A DNA stretch of 64,000 bases from Bacilli bacterium (GTDB taxonomy: Bacteria; Bacillota_I; Bacilli_A; RFN20; CAG-826), in NCBI GenBank assembly GCA_016302065.1, contig JAEDOI010000001.1, forward strand, positions 2,754-66,753. The letters run 5' to 3'. The translations under genes were made by a program, and so were the position numbers. This document shows positions 40,513-50,018 of the stretch, one piece after another. The notes beneath the pieces are model-generated. The model did no database searches and was not told where the DNA came from. It saw nothing but the letters and a program-made list of their open reading frames with translations. The first letter of the stretch is position 1, and each line of letters begins with the position of its first letter.

Positions 40513-43158
40513 TAATGTGCCATTAAGAGCAAAGGAAGTTGGTAATCCGTTAATAATATTAATTATTGATTGTACGCTGCCATCCATTGATTTATAGTAA
40601 GCATCAATCTCGCCTTGGTCAATTGTTGGATCAACATAATCGTTAAATGAAAGTGAGAATGTAAATACATCTCCATTTTCATTTGTTAAATAACTACCAC
40701 TAATTGCTACAAGAGAAGGATTCTCACCTTTATCAATTGTATCAAGTATAACTTGAATAGCACCAGTTGAAGTCTTATCAAATAAGGCATTGTTAATATT
40801 TACAACTAGAGCACCTTCGCTAGCACCTTGAGTAATTGAAACATATTCTTTTAATGTATCTAAATATGTGGAATTAAGGATTGTCCAAATTTGCCCATCA
40901 GTTAAATTAAGTAATGCTTCGAAATCAGCATTGATTTCTCCAAATGGGTTTTTAAGTTCAGTGTTTCCAGCATTATTATTAACAAGTCCATTAACAAGAG
41001 TGAAAATATCGTAGAATTTACCTTGAGAAAGACTCATTCTTGTTCTACTAGCTTCGCTATATCCTTGGTAATCTAAATATAAACCTTTATTTTGATAAGT
41101 GATATTAGCATTATGAGGAACATCGTTTACTTTTCCATGCATTGATAAGTTATATAAACCTAAGTTTGCTCCACTAACAACTTCAACAGCATGTTCAAGA
41201 GTTGGGTTTTCTCCAAAATCCATTGCATCAATGTTATTTAAATCAGCATTAATTGCTCCATAAAGATTAACAACAGGAGTGGTTTCACTAGCTTTTGTAT
41301 AACTAAATCCATATGTAACACCTAATTGTTTTGATTTAATTGTTTTGGCAATTGAATTATATAAAGGAGTTACAACTTGGAAGTTAGGATAAGCATTTAA
41401 ATCTCCATAAACTGAAGAAACATCAGTTTCGGCAAATGTATCAAGAGCTAAAGATAAAGTTGCATAGTTAACATGTACTTTACCATCTGTTGTAGTATAT
41501 TGATTAACTGGTAAATCTTTAATTCCAAGTGAATTAAGCTTTCCACTGCTTAAATCTAAGAATAATTTGAAATCTTTATCAGGAAGAGATGAATGTAAAG
41601 CTTTTGCATTAATTACTACATCAAGAATTTGCTTTTCGCTTCCTTCTTCACCCTCAACGATTAAATTTTTAATGATTTTCTTATAGGAATTCCAGTTACC
41701 ATTCATAATGTCATAAATAACTGAATCTTTAAGAATATTATTTAATGCATCCATTGAACTATTTGTTTGTTCTTGGTTTTCATTTGCAAATGTAGCAACA
41801 ATATTAGTTACTAATTCATCAATTGTAGAATCGGCTAAGAAACCAGTTGCTAAACCATTTTGAACATTGAAATAGGTTTTATTATTTTCATATCTAACAT
41901 TAAATTGTGAATATAAATCTTTATCACCACCTAATTTAATATCATAAACTGCCCCATTGTTAATTGCTGTAGCATTTCTTAAATCTCCTTTAAGAGAACC
42001 AGTAATTTCTCTTGATGCGTTATCAAGACCATCAACTGTTTCTTTAAAACCAATTGAGAAGTTAGTATTAAATGCTTTTTCATTAACTAAGGAAGTAACT
42101 GTTGTAAGAAGGTTAGTAGTGCAATCTAAGTTATTGTATTCACCAGCATAATCGCTATTATTGACATATTCCTCATCAAGGCTCATTTCAGTTTCAGCGT
42201 TTAATGAAATAGATACGTTATCAATTGAAAGAGGAGCAACAATAAAGTTTCTTAATAGTCCTTCTTCATTACATTTTAATGTAATTGTTAAATCTTGATG
42301 AATATTAGCGCTCTCAAGTAAACTTTGTTTAAGAACAAGATTATATGTATAAATCTTTTCTCCATTGATTTCTACAGGAGTTTGATTTAAATCGGTATCG
42401 CTTGAAAATGACATTAAAGCATTAGTAACAATTGGAATTAATGGAATAATATCGATATTTTTAATTTCATCAACAATATCTGTGACTGAAGACAAATCTG
42501 TGGAAGTTAAGGTTTCTATTGTAGGTAAAAAATCAAGAACATCATTAATAATTTTTCCTGAAACAGAATATCTAGTATAATTCTCTTCATTATTAAAATT
42601 ATCTCCCCAGTTCCAGTCGATATATAATTTTCCATTACCATTAGCATTAACTAAGAATTTTTCATTGAGCAATGTGTTTGTTGTTTCTAAATCAACGTTT
42701 TCAAGATATTTAAATTCACAAGTTCCAGTAAACTTGGCAGCAATATCATCGGTTGGATCATTTGTTTTTTCTCCATCTATGAAAGCTTTGTAATCGATGG
42801 CTCCTTTAAAGTTTAAATTGATAGAATTACTATACGTATTTCCTAAACCATTTACATTAAGGTCCATATTTTTAACTTTCAAGTTTGAAGATGCAAGGTT
42901 TTCTCCGAGTTTTGCTTTAGCATTCTCGGCTGCTAATTGTTCAGGTGTTTTTGTAGGACCAGATGGATCATCATCCTCATCACCCAAATCGATTGGAGCT
43001 TTTGAATTAATAAAGTAAAGAGTGGATAAACTACCACCAACAATTAATGTGGTCACTAAAGTGCTTGCAAGTACTCTTAATAGTTTAAAATTCATAATTT
43101 TATCTCCTTTTTTGTTATGATGCTCTTTTAATATAATATTAAAAGAATTTATTGTCAA
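40495..43158 (-). CDS. N-terminal portion of a large secreted or membrane-anchored surface protein
   Basis: N-terminal signal-anchor (LRVLASTLVTTLIVGGSL). The 887-aa product is S/T/N-rich and ends in a TGA created inside the direct repeat. Confidence 0.55.
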   Translation of the reverse strand: MTINSFNIILKEHHNKKGDKIMNFKLLRVLASTLVTTLIVGGSLSTLYFINSKAPIDLGDEDDDPSGPTKTPEQLAAENAKAKLGENLASSNLKVKNMDLNVNGLGNTYSNSINLNFKGAIDYKAFIDGEKTNDPTDDIAAKFTGTCEFKYLENVDLETTNTLLNEKFLVNANGNGKLYIDWNWGDNFNNEENYTRYSVSGKIINDVLDFLPTIETLTSTDLSSVTDIVDEIKNIDIIPLIPIVTNALMSFSSDTDLNQTPVEINGEKIYTYNLVLKQSLLESANIHQDLTITLKCNEEGLLRNFIVAPLSIDNVSISLNAETEMSLDEEYVNNSDYAGEYNNLDCTTNLLTTVTSLVNEKAFNTNFSIGFKETVDGLDNASREITGSLKGDLRNATAINNGAVYDIKLGGDKDLYSQFNVRYENNKTYFNVQNGLATGFLADSTIDELVTNIVATFANENQEQTNSSMDALNNILKDSVIYDIMNGNWNSYKKIIKNLIVEGEEGSEKQILDVVINAKALHSSLPDKDFKLFLDLSSGKLNSLGIKDLPVNQYTTTDGKVHVNYATLSLALDTFAETDVSSVYGDLNAYPNFQVVTPLYNSIAKTIKSKQLGVTYGFSYTKASETTPVVNLYGAINADLNNIDAMDFGENPTLEHAVEVVSGANLGLYNLSMHGKVNDVPHNANITYQNKGLYLDYQGYSEASRTRMSLSQGKFYDIFTLVNGLVNNNAGNTELKNPFGEINADFEALLNLTDGQIWTILNSTYLDTLKEYVSITQGASEGALVVNINNALFDKTSTGAIQVILDTIDKGENPSLVAISGSYLTNENGDVFTFSLSFNDYVDPTIDQGEIDAYYKSMDGSVQSIINIINGLPTSFALNGTLTNPRQ

Positions 43159-43468
43159 TAGTTTCTAGTTTGGATGACTAGATTTACTATTGTATTTAGT
43201 ATTGAATACTAGATGTAATAGTTTTGAAAAAATAATTCTGTTATTTTATCGATAATATCGACATTTTTCTTTATTAATATTGAATTAAGATGTTTTTCAT
43301 TAACAATTTTTGGATAAATATTGAACTATATAATTTTTTGATACTGTAAAATTCTAAAAACTATAGTAAATCCTTTGTCTTTTATATTTTTTACAATTAA
43401 ATTATCAGTTATTCATTATTAAATAATTATAGAAATATTGTTAATTTTAAATTATAATAAAAAATACT

Positions 43469-43553
43469 GCAGGCGTGGTGAAATTGGTATACACGTAAGA
43501 CTTAGGATCTTATGCCTTCGGGCGTGAGGGTTCGACTCCCTTTGCCTGCACCA
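43469..43553 (+). tRNA. tRNA-Leu (anticodon TAG), type II
   Basis: Acceptor GCAGGCG/TGCCTGC, anticodon stem TAAGA/TCTTA with loop CTTAGGA, long variable arm, T-loop GGTTCGACTCC, and an encoded CCA. Confidence 0.9.
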
Positions 43554-43625
43554 TCTAGGTTGAAATTTCCCCATAAATTTTGCCAAATTAGGTAGAATGA
43601 AATGGAGAATTTTTTTATGGCATTA

Positions 43626-43736
43626 ACTAAGATGAAAAACCTGAATGTGTCTTGTTTCATCTCAATCACAATTTACCTCTTTACACGATTTGCCACCAAG
43701 CGTGTTAAAAAGGGTGAATTTTCATAATTTATAAAA
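43626..43736 (+). CDS. possible 36-aa hydrophobic peptide (MALTKMKNLNVSCFISITIYLFTRFATKRVKKGEFS)
   Basis: GGAG lies 9 nt upstream. The peptide has one TM segment plus a basic tail. It sits in a locally GC-rich fragment right after tRNA-Leu. Confidence 0.2.
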
Positions 43737-43863
43737 ATGTAATGAGAATTTTATTTTATAAAATATGATTTGTTATTATTAATTTTTATTAAATATATAT
43801 ATCGCAAATTAATTATTTAAAAGTTATATTTAATCTTTTAAAATAATAAGGCAAAGGAATTAT

Positions 43864-45624
43864 ATGAGTAAAAATAAGTATATTACATTAGAAAAAATTA
43901 ATAGCCCAAAAGATTTAAAGAATTTAAGTAAAAAGGAACTTATTTTATTATCTGAAGAGATTAGAGACGTATTAATAAATAAAATTTCAAAAACCGGTGG
44001 ACATTTTGGCTCTAATTTAGGAATTATTGAATTGACAATCGCTTTACATTATGTTTTTTCAAGTCCAATTGATAAAATTGTATTTGATGTATCACACCAG
44101 ACATATACTCATAAAATATTAACAGGAAGAAAAGAATTGTTTCTTGATGAAACAAAATTTAATTTAAATAGTGGATTTACTAATTATTTAGAAAACGAAA
44201 ATGATTGCTTTACTTTGGGCCATACATCTACTTCAATTGGATTAGCCTTAGGTTTAGCAAAAAGTAGAGACTTAAATAATGAACATTTTAATGTTATATC
44301 TTTAATTGGAGATGGATCATTAAGTGGAGGAGTTGCTTTTGAAGCTTTATCCAATGCATCATTATTAAAATCAAATTTTATTGTTATTATTAATGACAAT
44401 GAAATGTCCATAGCTGAAAATCATGGTAATATATACTCAATTTTAGAAAAATTAAGAAATAATAAAGCATATAGAGAAAGTGATAGCAATGTTTTTGTTC
44501 AACTTGGTTATGAATATGACTATATTGAAAACGGAAATAATATTGAGGATTTAATAGATTTTTTAACTAAATATAAAGATACTAATAAACCTACAATTCT
44601 TCATGTTCATACCAAAAAAGGATATGGTTATGAATTAAGTTATAAAGATGAAGAAAAATATCACTATAGAGCACCATTTAATAAAGAAACTGGTGATAAT
44701 CTTTTTGATGTCACTAGAACTTTTGAAGTAATAAATGGTGAATATTTTAAGAAAAAGTTGGAACAAAATGCAAATATTTGTTTAATATGTGCAGGTACTC
44801 CAAAGAACTTTAATTTCTCAAAAGAGCTAAGAAATACATATAAAAATAGATTTATTGATGTAGGAATTAGTGAAGATCTAGCTTTGCTTTATGGTGTTGG
44901 ATTAAGTAAAGGAAATACAAAACCTGTTGTTTCTCTATCTTCTTCATTTATTCAAAGAGCATATGATCAAATTGCTCATGAGGTTGGTTTAAATAAACCT
45001 AATATGATAGTTCTTGTCGATTTTGCAGGTGTTTCAAAAACTAGTGCAACTCATCAAGGGTTATTTGATGTTGCAATGATTTCTGCAATTCCGAATATTA
45101 CATATTTATCTCCATCAAGTGAAGAAGAATATATTTCAATGTTAGATTATTGTTTAAATCATGAAGGAACATTCTTTATAAGATTATATGGTGGTCCACT
45201 TTTACATAATTCTATAACTGTTAATGAGAATAATTTAACTAAGTTTGAATATATAATAAAAGAAAATAATATTGCTATTATTGGTATATCTAAACTTTCT
45301 AATTTTGCCTTAGAATTACATGATAAATTGAAAAAAGAAGGCCTAAATAGTAGTGTTTTTGTTACTCATAATTTATCTTATATTGATAAAGATTTTCTTA
45401 ATGAACTTATAAATAATCATAAACTAATTGTTACAATTGAAGATACATATTTAGAAGGTGGATTTGGAGAGAAAATATCTTCTTATCTTGGAACAAGAGA
45501 TGTTAAAGTTTTAAATTATGGAATTAAAAAGACCTATATTGATAATATAGATCTTAATAATATTTATCATTCAAATAGAATAGATATTAATTTAATAATA
45601 GAAGATATCTTAAAACTTAATTAA
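43864..45624 (+). CDS. dxs: 1-deoxy-D-xylulose-5-phosphate synthase-like TPP enzyme (transketolase superfamily)
   Basis: The N-terminus resembles DXS (INSPKDLKNLSKKELILLSEEIR..GGHFGSNLGIIELTIALHYVF..DVSHQTYTHKILTGR). A TPP motif GDGS..NDN is present. Length is 586 aa. Confidence 0.7.
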   Translation: MSKNKYITLEKINSPKDLKNLSKKELILLSEEIRDVLINKISKTGGHFGSNLGIIELTIALHYVFSSPIDKIVFDVSHQTYTHKILTGRKELFLDETKFNLNSGFTNYLENENDCFTLGHTSTSIGLALGLAKSRDLNNEHFNVISLIGDGSLSGGVAFEALSNASLLKSNFIVIINDNEMSIAENHGNIYSILEKLRNNKAYRESDSNVFVQLGYEYDYIENGNNIEDLIDFLTKYKDTNKPTILHVHTKKGYGYELSYKDEEKYHYRAPFNKETGDNLFDVTRTFEVINGEYFKKKLEQNANICLICAGTPKNFNFSKELRNTYKNRFIDVGISEDLALLYGVGLSKGNTKPVVSLSSSFIQRAYDQIAHEVGLNKPNMIVLVDFAGVSKTSATHQGLFDVAMISAIPNITYLSPSSEEEYISMLDYCLNHEGTFFIRLYGGPLLHNSITVNENNLTKFEYIIKENNIAIIGISKLSNFALELHDKLKKEGLNSSVFVTHNLSYIDKDFLNELINNHKLIVTIEDTYLEGGFGEKISSYLGTRDVKVLNYGIKKTYIDNIDLNNIYHSNRIDINLIIEDILKLN

Positions 45625-47181
45625 TTTAGCTTTATATCCATCATTTACATCAAGATAATATTTAACATTTTCATCTTTTTTATGATCTAAATACCAAAGT
45701 TGAGCATAAATCTTATCTTTTTTGGCAAGTCTATCAAAATCCCAAGCAAGTTCTCTATAAGAAATATTCCACCAATGACCACCTTTTAAAACTGTAAATG
45801 GTCTAGCATAGAAGATCTCATTATCTTGGTTAATCCATTTAACCTTACGATATACATCTCCAGTTGTAAATGTTTCCTCAAGTAAATCACCACCATGAGC
45901 TCTTGCAACGTTTTTTAAATCTTCGATAGTAATTTCGCTTAAAGGTTTATCGTTGTCATAGTAATAATTTAACTTTGTAGTTTCTTCGCTATTTTTTAAT
46001 TTTTCAAAATCTAAATCGTTTCCAAAATAATCTTTTCCCTCAACAAATAAATTAAATTTATTCCAATCAGTTCCTAATTTGTTGTAAGTTTCAAGGTCAT
46101 AATATGTAGCTTTTATTTTGGCTTCGTTATTATCTTTAACCCATCTAGCTGGAGCATTTCCATCTTTTAATAATGGTTTAATCACTAAACCAGAGATAAA
46201 GGATTTAGGTATAATTCTTGCTAATTTAAAGTAGAAGTGACTATCTCCAATGGCTTTAAAATATGAAGCATAATCATCATGAATGTAGTGAAACATATTG
46301 TCTAATTTTAATGAATCACTAAACCAAGTTCCATGGAAATTTCTAATAGCATTATAATTTGGTTTAAAATAATCTTTTGCTGTTCCACCGATTATATTAA
46401 AACCTAAATTTAATGTGTCGTATCCTGTAATTTGATTTTTCTTTCCTCCACCTAAATTAAACATTTGGTTATAGAAATTAGACTCATTAAGTTTTCCTTC
46501 ATATTCTTGTTCAATAATAGCAGCAATTAATTTTCCGCTATCTTCTGCACTTACCCATTCAAGAGGACAATTAAATGCAGTATGGAACATTAACCCATCA
46601 CTAATATTATCCATTAATAAATTTTTATGGACCATAGCTGTTTGTCTAATGATTGTTTTGTATTTAATATCGGATTCTAAAACAATGTATTCACCTCTTG
46701 CTTTAGTTAAAGAATAAATATCAAGTGGAGAGAATAATAATGGATCTCCAATTTGAGCAAATGGATGGTGGTGAGTTCTATTTCCATAAACAGCAACTGT
46801 TGAAATTTGAATCAATTTTGGTTGATTTTCTTTGATTTCTTCAATGCAATTTACTAAGTTTTGAACACCTTCAACATTGCATTTATATGCTTGTTCAGGG
46901 TATTTGTCTGAACGAGGTGGTATAACGCTTGCTAAATTAAAAATTAATGTTGAATCCTTAACGAATTCAATCATCGATTGCTTATCTTCCATCCTTCCTT
47001 CGACGATTTGAACTTTTGGTAAGTATTTCTTATCAATGTTTTTAAGGATTTTTTTAATTCTTTTATTTTTATGGGACACTAAAATTTTAATTTTTTCGAC
47101 ACAATCAAGTTTAACTGCTTCATATAAAGCACATCTCCCCATATTACCTGTTGAGCCAGTTAATGATATTGTTAATTTCAT
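45610..47181 (-). CDS. extended-SDR (NAD-dependent epimerase/dehydratase-like) domain fused to a roughly 280-aa C-terminal domain of unknown function
   Basis: Rossmann motif TGSTGNMG and YxxxK (YSLTK). The C-terminal half has no recognisable motif. Its tail converges on and overlaps dxs by 15 nt. Confidence 0.55.
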   Translation of the reverse strand: MKLTISLTGSTGNMGRCALYEAVKLDCVEKIKILVSHKNKRIKKILKNIDKKYLPKVQIVEGRMEDKQSMIEFVKDSTLIFNLASVIPPRSDKYPEQAYKCNVEGVQNLVNCIEEIKENQPKLIQISTVAVYGNRTHHHPFAQIGDPLLFSPLDIYSLTKARGEYIVLESDIKYKTIIRQTAMVHKNLLMDNISDGLMFHTAFNCPLEWVSAEDSGKLIAAIIEQEYEGKLNESNFYNQMFNLGGGKKNQITGYDTLNLGFNIIGGTAKDYFKPNYNAIRNFHGTWFSDSLKLDNMFHYIHDDYASYFKAIGDSHFYFKLARIIPKSFISGLVIKPLLKDGNAPARWVKDNNEAKIKATYYDLETYNKLGTDWNKFNLFVEGKDYFGNDLDFEKLKNSEETTKLNYYYDNDKPLSEITIEDLKNVARAHGGDLLEETFTTGDVYRKVKWINQDNEIFYARPFTVLKGGHWWNISYRELAWDFDRLAKKDKIYAQLWYLDHKKDENVKYYLDVNDGYKAKLIKF

Positions 47182-47277
47182 GTCAATATTTTAATGATAA
47201 TATGTAAAAAATACAAATAAAACAATAAGACAACAATGTTATTCTTTGATATAATTATATTAAACGGAGGAAATTTT

Positions 47278-48345
47278 ATGAAGAAATCATCAATTTTGTT
47301 ATTGGTAATTTCAATAACTGGATTATTATTGGGAAATATAGCTTCATTTTTAGCAATTAGTAAATTATATAATAATGATTTTAATATTTTACACATTGTA
47401 AATGATTTTAATTTTTCTAATTTAAGTTTTGTTACGTTAATAGCAGTTTTAGTTGCAACTTTTATTTGTGTGTTAATTCATTTAATTTTTGTTTGTATTA
47501 GAAAAAAACCTAAACATCTTGTTTTTACTTTTCTTGTGTTAATTGGTGGAATATGTAGTGCTTATACTCTTCCATTTACATTAATTAAAACTGTTGATTT
47601 TTTAGGAAATATTGAAGCAAATAAATCTGATTCTAACATTGTTAATGCTATTGCTTGTATTGGAACGGCTTTATGTTTAATTCTTGCCTTAATTTCTCTT
47701 GCTTTATCAATTTTATGTATGGGTAAAAAGAAAAAAGAAGTCAAAGTGGCCTTAGCAAAAACAAATAGTGAAACAATTATTCTTGGCTCTTCTAAAGATG
47801 AAAATTTAGTTGTTGCTGAAGAGAAAAAACCTGAAGTAGATGTTTCAAAGAAAGAAGAAGTTTTAAAAGATGAAACAGTTGAAACTAAAGTTGAATCAAA
47901 AGAAGAAATTAAGGAAGAGACAAAAGAAGAATTAATTAAAGATACTATTAAAGAAGAAAAAGAAGCAAAAAATGCTGAAGAAAAGAAAGAAGAATCTATA
48001 GTTGAAGAGGAAAAACCTGTTGCCCCTAAAAAGAAAGCACCAGCTAAAAAGAAAACAACAACATCAAAAGATGTTACAGATAAGAAAGGAACTGAAGTTA
48101 TGGAAAAAACAACTACTGAAAAAGAAGAAAAGAAAGCTTCAACTGCAAAAGCTTATCATGTTGTTAAAAGAAAAGAAGATAATAAGTGGACAGTTAAGTT
48201 AGCAAACGGAGACAAAGTTATTAAAACATTTGCAACTAAAGAAGAAGCTTTAGCTTATTCAAAGGGTTTAGCTGAAAGACAAAACGGAACTTTAAGAGTT
48301 CACGCTTCTAAAGGTAAATCAAAAGGTAAAATTCAAAAACAATAG
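47278..48345 (+). CDS. membrane protein (4 TM) with a K/E-rich linker and a C-terminal DUF2188-like domain
   Basis: The C-terminal YHVVKRKEDNKWTVKLANGDKVIKTFATKEEALAYSKGLAERQNGTLRVHASKGK resembles DUF2188 as I recall it. The low-complexity KE repeat linker is about 130 aa. Confidence 0.55.
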   Translation: MKKSSILLLVISITGLLLGNIASFLAISKLYNNDFNILHIVNDFNFSNLSFVTLIAVLVATFICVLIHLIFVCIRKKPKHLVFTFLVLIGGICSAYTLPFTLIKTVDFLGNIEANKSDSNIVNAIACIGTALCLILALISLALSILCMGKKKKEVKVALAKTNSETIILGSSKDENLVVAEEKKPEVDVSKKEEVLKDETVETKVESKEEIKEETKEELIKDTIKEEKEAKNAEEKKEESIVEEEKPVAPKKKAPAKKKTTTSKDVTDKKGTEVMEKTTTEKEEKKASTAKAYHVVKRKEDNKWTVKLANGDKVIKTFATKEEALAYSKGLAERQNGTLRVHASKGKSKGKIQKQ

Positions 48346-48449
48346 TAAAAACTATTATTTATTTATTTTTAGCAAATTTAGAGAAATTACAAATATTAAT
48401 AAAATTTTTCTTGCTAAAAATATTTTTCCTTGATATATTGTTTAAGCAC

Positions 48450-48525
48450 GGACCAGTGGTGTAGCGGTTAACATGTCGCTCTGTCACAGCGAAGATCGCG
48501 AGTTCGATTCTCGTCTGGTCCGCCA
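48450..48525 (+). tRNA. tRNA-Asp (GTC)
   Basis: Acceptor GGACCAG/CTGGTCC, anticodon stem TCGCT/AGCGA with loop CTGTCAC, T-loop TTCGATT, and an encoded CCA. Confidence 0.9.
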
Positions 48526-48565
48526 ACTTAAATTATTGAGGGTATTTACCTTTTTATATATAAGT

Positions 48566-48642
48566 GGCCCGGTAGCTCAGTTGGTAGTAGCGGAGGACTG
48601 AAAATCCTTATGTCGTGGGTCCGAGTCCCACTTGGGCCACCA
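48566..48642 (+). tRNA. tRNA-Phe (GAA)
   Basis: Acceptor GGCCCGG/TTGGGCC, anticodon loop CTGAAAA, T-arm GTGGG-TCCGAGT-CCCAC, and an encoded CCA. Confidence 0.9.
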
Positions 48643-48657
48643 TTTCTAGAGGTTATT

Positions 48658-48685
48658 CGCAATATTTGAAATATTGCGTTTTTTT
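48658..48685 (+). terminator. rho-independent terminator CGCAATATT-tg-AAATATTGCG followed by T7
   Basis: Perfect 9-bp stem plus T-run. A near-identical copy lies at 57181. Confidence 0.75.
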
Positions 48686-49627
48686 ATGCTTTTTTTTACA
48701 CTTTTTAAACATAAATTTTGAATTATCGGAAAATTTATTAATAATTATTAGTTCGAATAATGAGAAGTTCAAAATTTCTTTTTTCGCATAATGTAGTTGA
48801 AACCACGTATAGGTTTTTAGCAACAATTATGGGGCCGAGTTTTTTTGGACTAGTTTTTATTTGCTGTTGCAGATCCATATTTTGTCTTGAAAGTGGTGCA
48901 TCTTATTTTTAATTATGCTCTCCTTTAAATATAAATTGTGATGCTACAACTATGTTTTAAGTTATCATTACCAATAATAAAAAGTAGGTTATCTCTAGAA
49001 TGTGTGATAATGTGACAGAATAGTTTTCTGAATTTTATATTATTAGCGTTATTTCCTGTTGGCATTTCTTTTAATGCTTAGATGAATTTATCTGCTTTTT
49101 CATTAGGATTCATTTGTGTTAGTAATTTATTTGTAAAGCTTACTTTTTTGATAGTTTTTTATCAATTGTGCTCGTTTAGTTGCTTCTTTGAAATCTCAGT
49201 CATATTTGATATGGATTTAAGTGATTCTCTAGGTTTTTCTACTTCGCAATTTAATTTATTAATTTCTTCTTCTAACTTAGATTTATCTTTTGTAAATGTT
49301 TCTATAGGAGCTTATTCAAATATATAATAATCCGATTGATTTAAAACAAATTGATTATGAACAATTAATTGATAATGCGCTTTAAAGGTTAAGTATATTT
49401 CCTAAAGATAATCTATAAATTAATTTACTAAATATAGGTAATTTAATAATAATAATAATATTTGTATAATTTCATTATCAATAATAATGAATGTAGATTG
49501 AAATACCGTAGCAAAATAAAAAAAGGAAAAAGACTACGCCATTAGGAATTTTTTATGGCTTTTTATAAAGTTTAATTCGTCTATGGATGAAATTGTAAAT
49601 TTCAAAATTGGAAATGCATAAATAGCA

Positions 49628-49656
49628 TTGACAATTGCAAAAACGCAATTTATAAT
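49628..49656 (+). promoter_or_regulatory. consensus sigma70 promoter (TTGACA, 17 bp, TATAAT) with inverted repeat AATTGC-N5-GCAATT in the spacer; putative operator
   Basis: Both -35 and -10 hexamers match consensus exactly, and the spacer is 17 bp. The RBS AAAGGAG lies 13 nt before ATG 49692. Confidence 0.65.
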
Positions 49657-49691
49657 AGAATAGTAAAAAAATAGAAAGGAGAATTATTTAT

Positions 49692-50018
49692 ATGAATTGG
49701 AAAGAAAAAGTGAGTGAATTAATGACTACTAAAAATATAACTCAAAAGGATTTATCACGATTAAGCGGAATTACTGAAACGTCAATATCTAGATATCTAA
49801 ACGGGAGCCAAAGGCCTAGAATTGATGTTTTATTAAACTTTGCGAAAGCTCTAGATGTAAATGTTGAGTATTTATTAGAAGAAGAAAGATCTACTCAAGA
49901 ATCTAGTTTCACCACTATTGCAACAGCTATTGCAAGAAATGGAAGTAATTTAACTATAGAGGAGCAAAATAAATTAATCGCATTGATCCTTGGAAAGGGG
50001 AAAAGTGGCTGTAACTAA
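49692..50018 (+). CDS. XRE-family helix-turn-helix transcriptional regulator (ImmR/Cro-C1-like)
   Basis: HTH TQKDLSRLSGITETSISRYLNGSQRPRIDVLLNFAKALDV. Length is 108 aa. Confidence 0.8.
   Translation: MNWKEKVSELMTTKNITQKDLSRLSGITETSISRYLNGSQRPRIDVLLNFAKALDVNVEYLLEEERSTQESSFTTIATAIARNGSNLTIEEQNKLIALILGKGKSGCN

Noticed and set aside
43554-43740. Possible structured RNA (SRP RNA, 6S or tmRNA) in the GC-rich fragment after tRNA-Leu
   Set aside because: It contains none of the conserved SRP domain IV, tmRNA tag-reading-frame or 6S features that I can recognise. It is kept only as a possible small peptide or island remnant.
48825-48840. TGGGGCCGAGT as an attL-type duplicate of the tRNA-Phe T-arm
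   Set aside because: Only about 9 of 10 nt match, and the match does not extend to the tRNA 3' end. It is mentioned in a finding as weak supporting evidence only.
49082-49327. 81-aa plus-strand ORF in the decayed region
   Set aside because: Low-complexity F/S/L-rich translation and no RBS. It is more likely the antisense of a degraded minus-strand gene fragment than a real gene.
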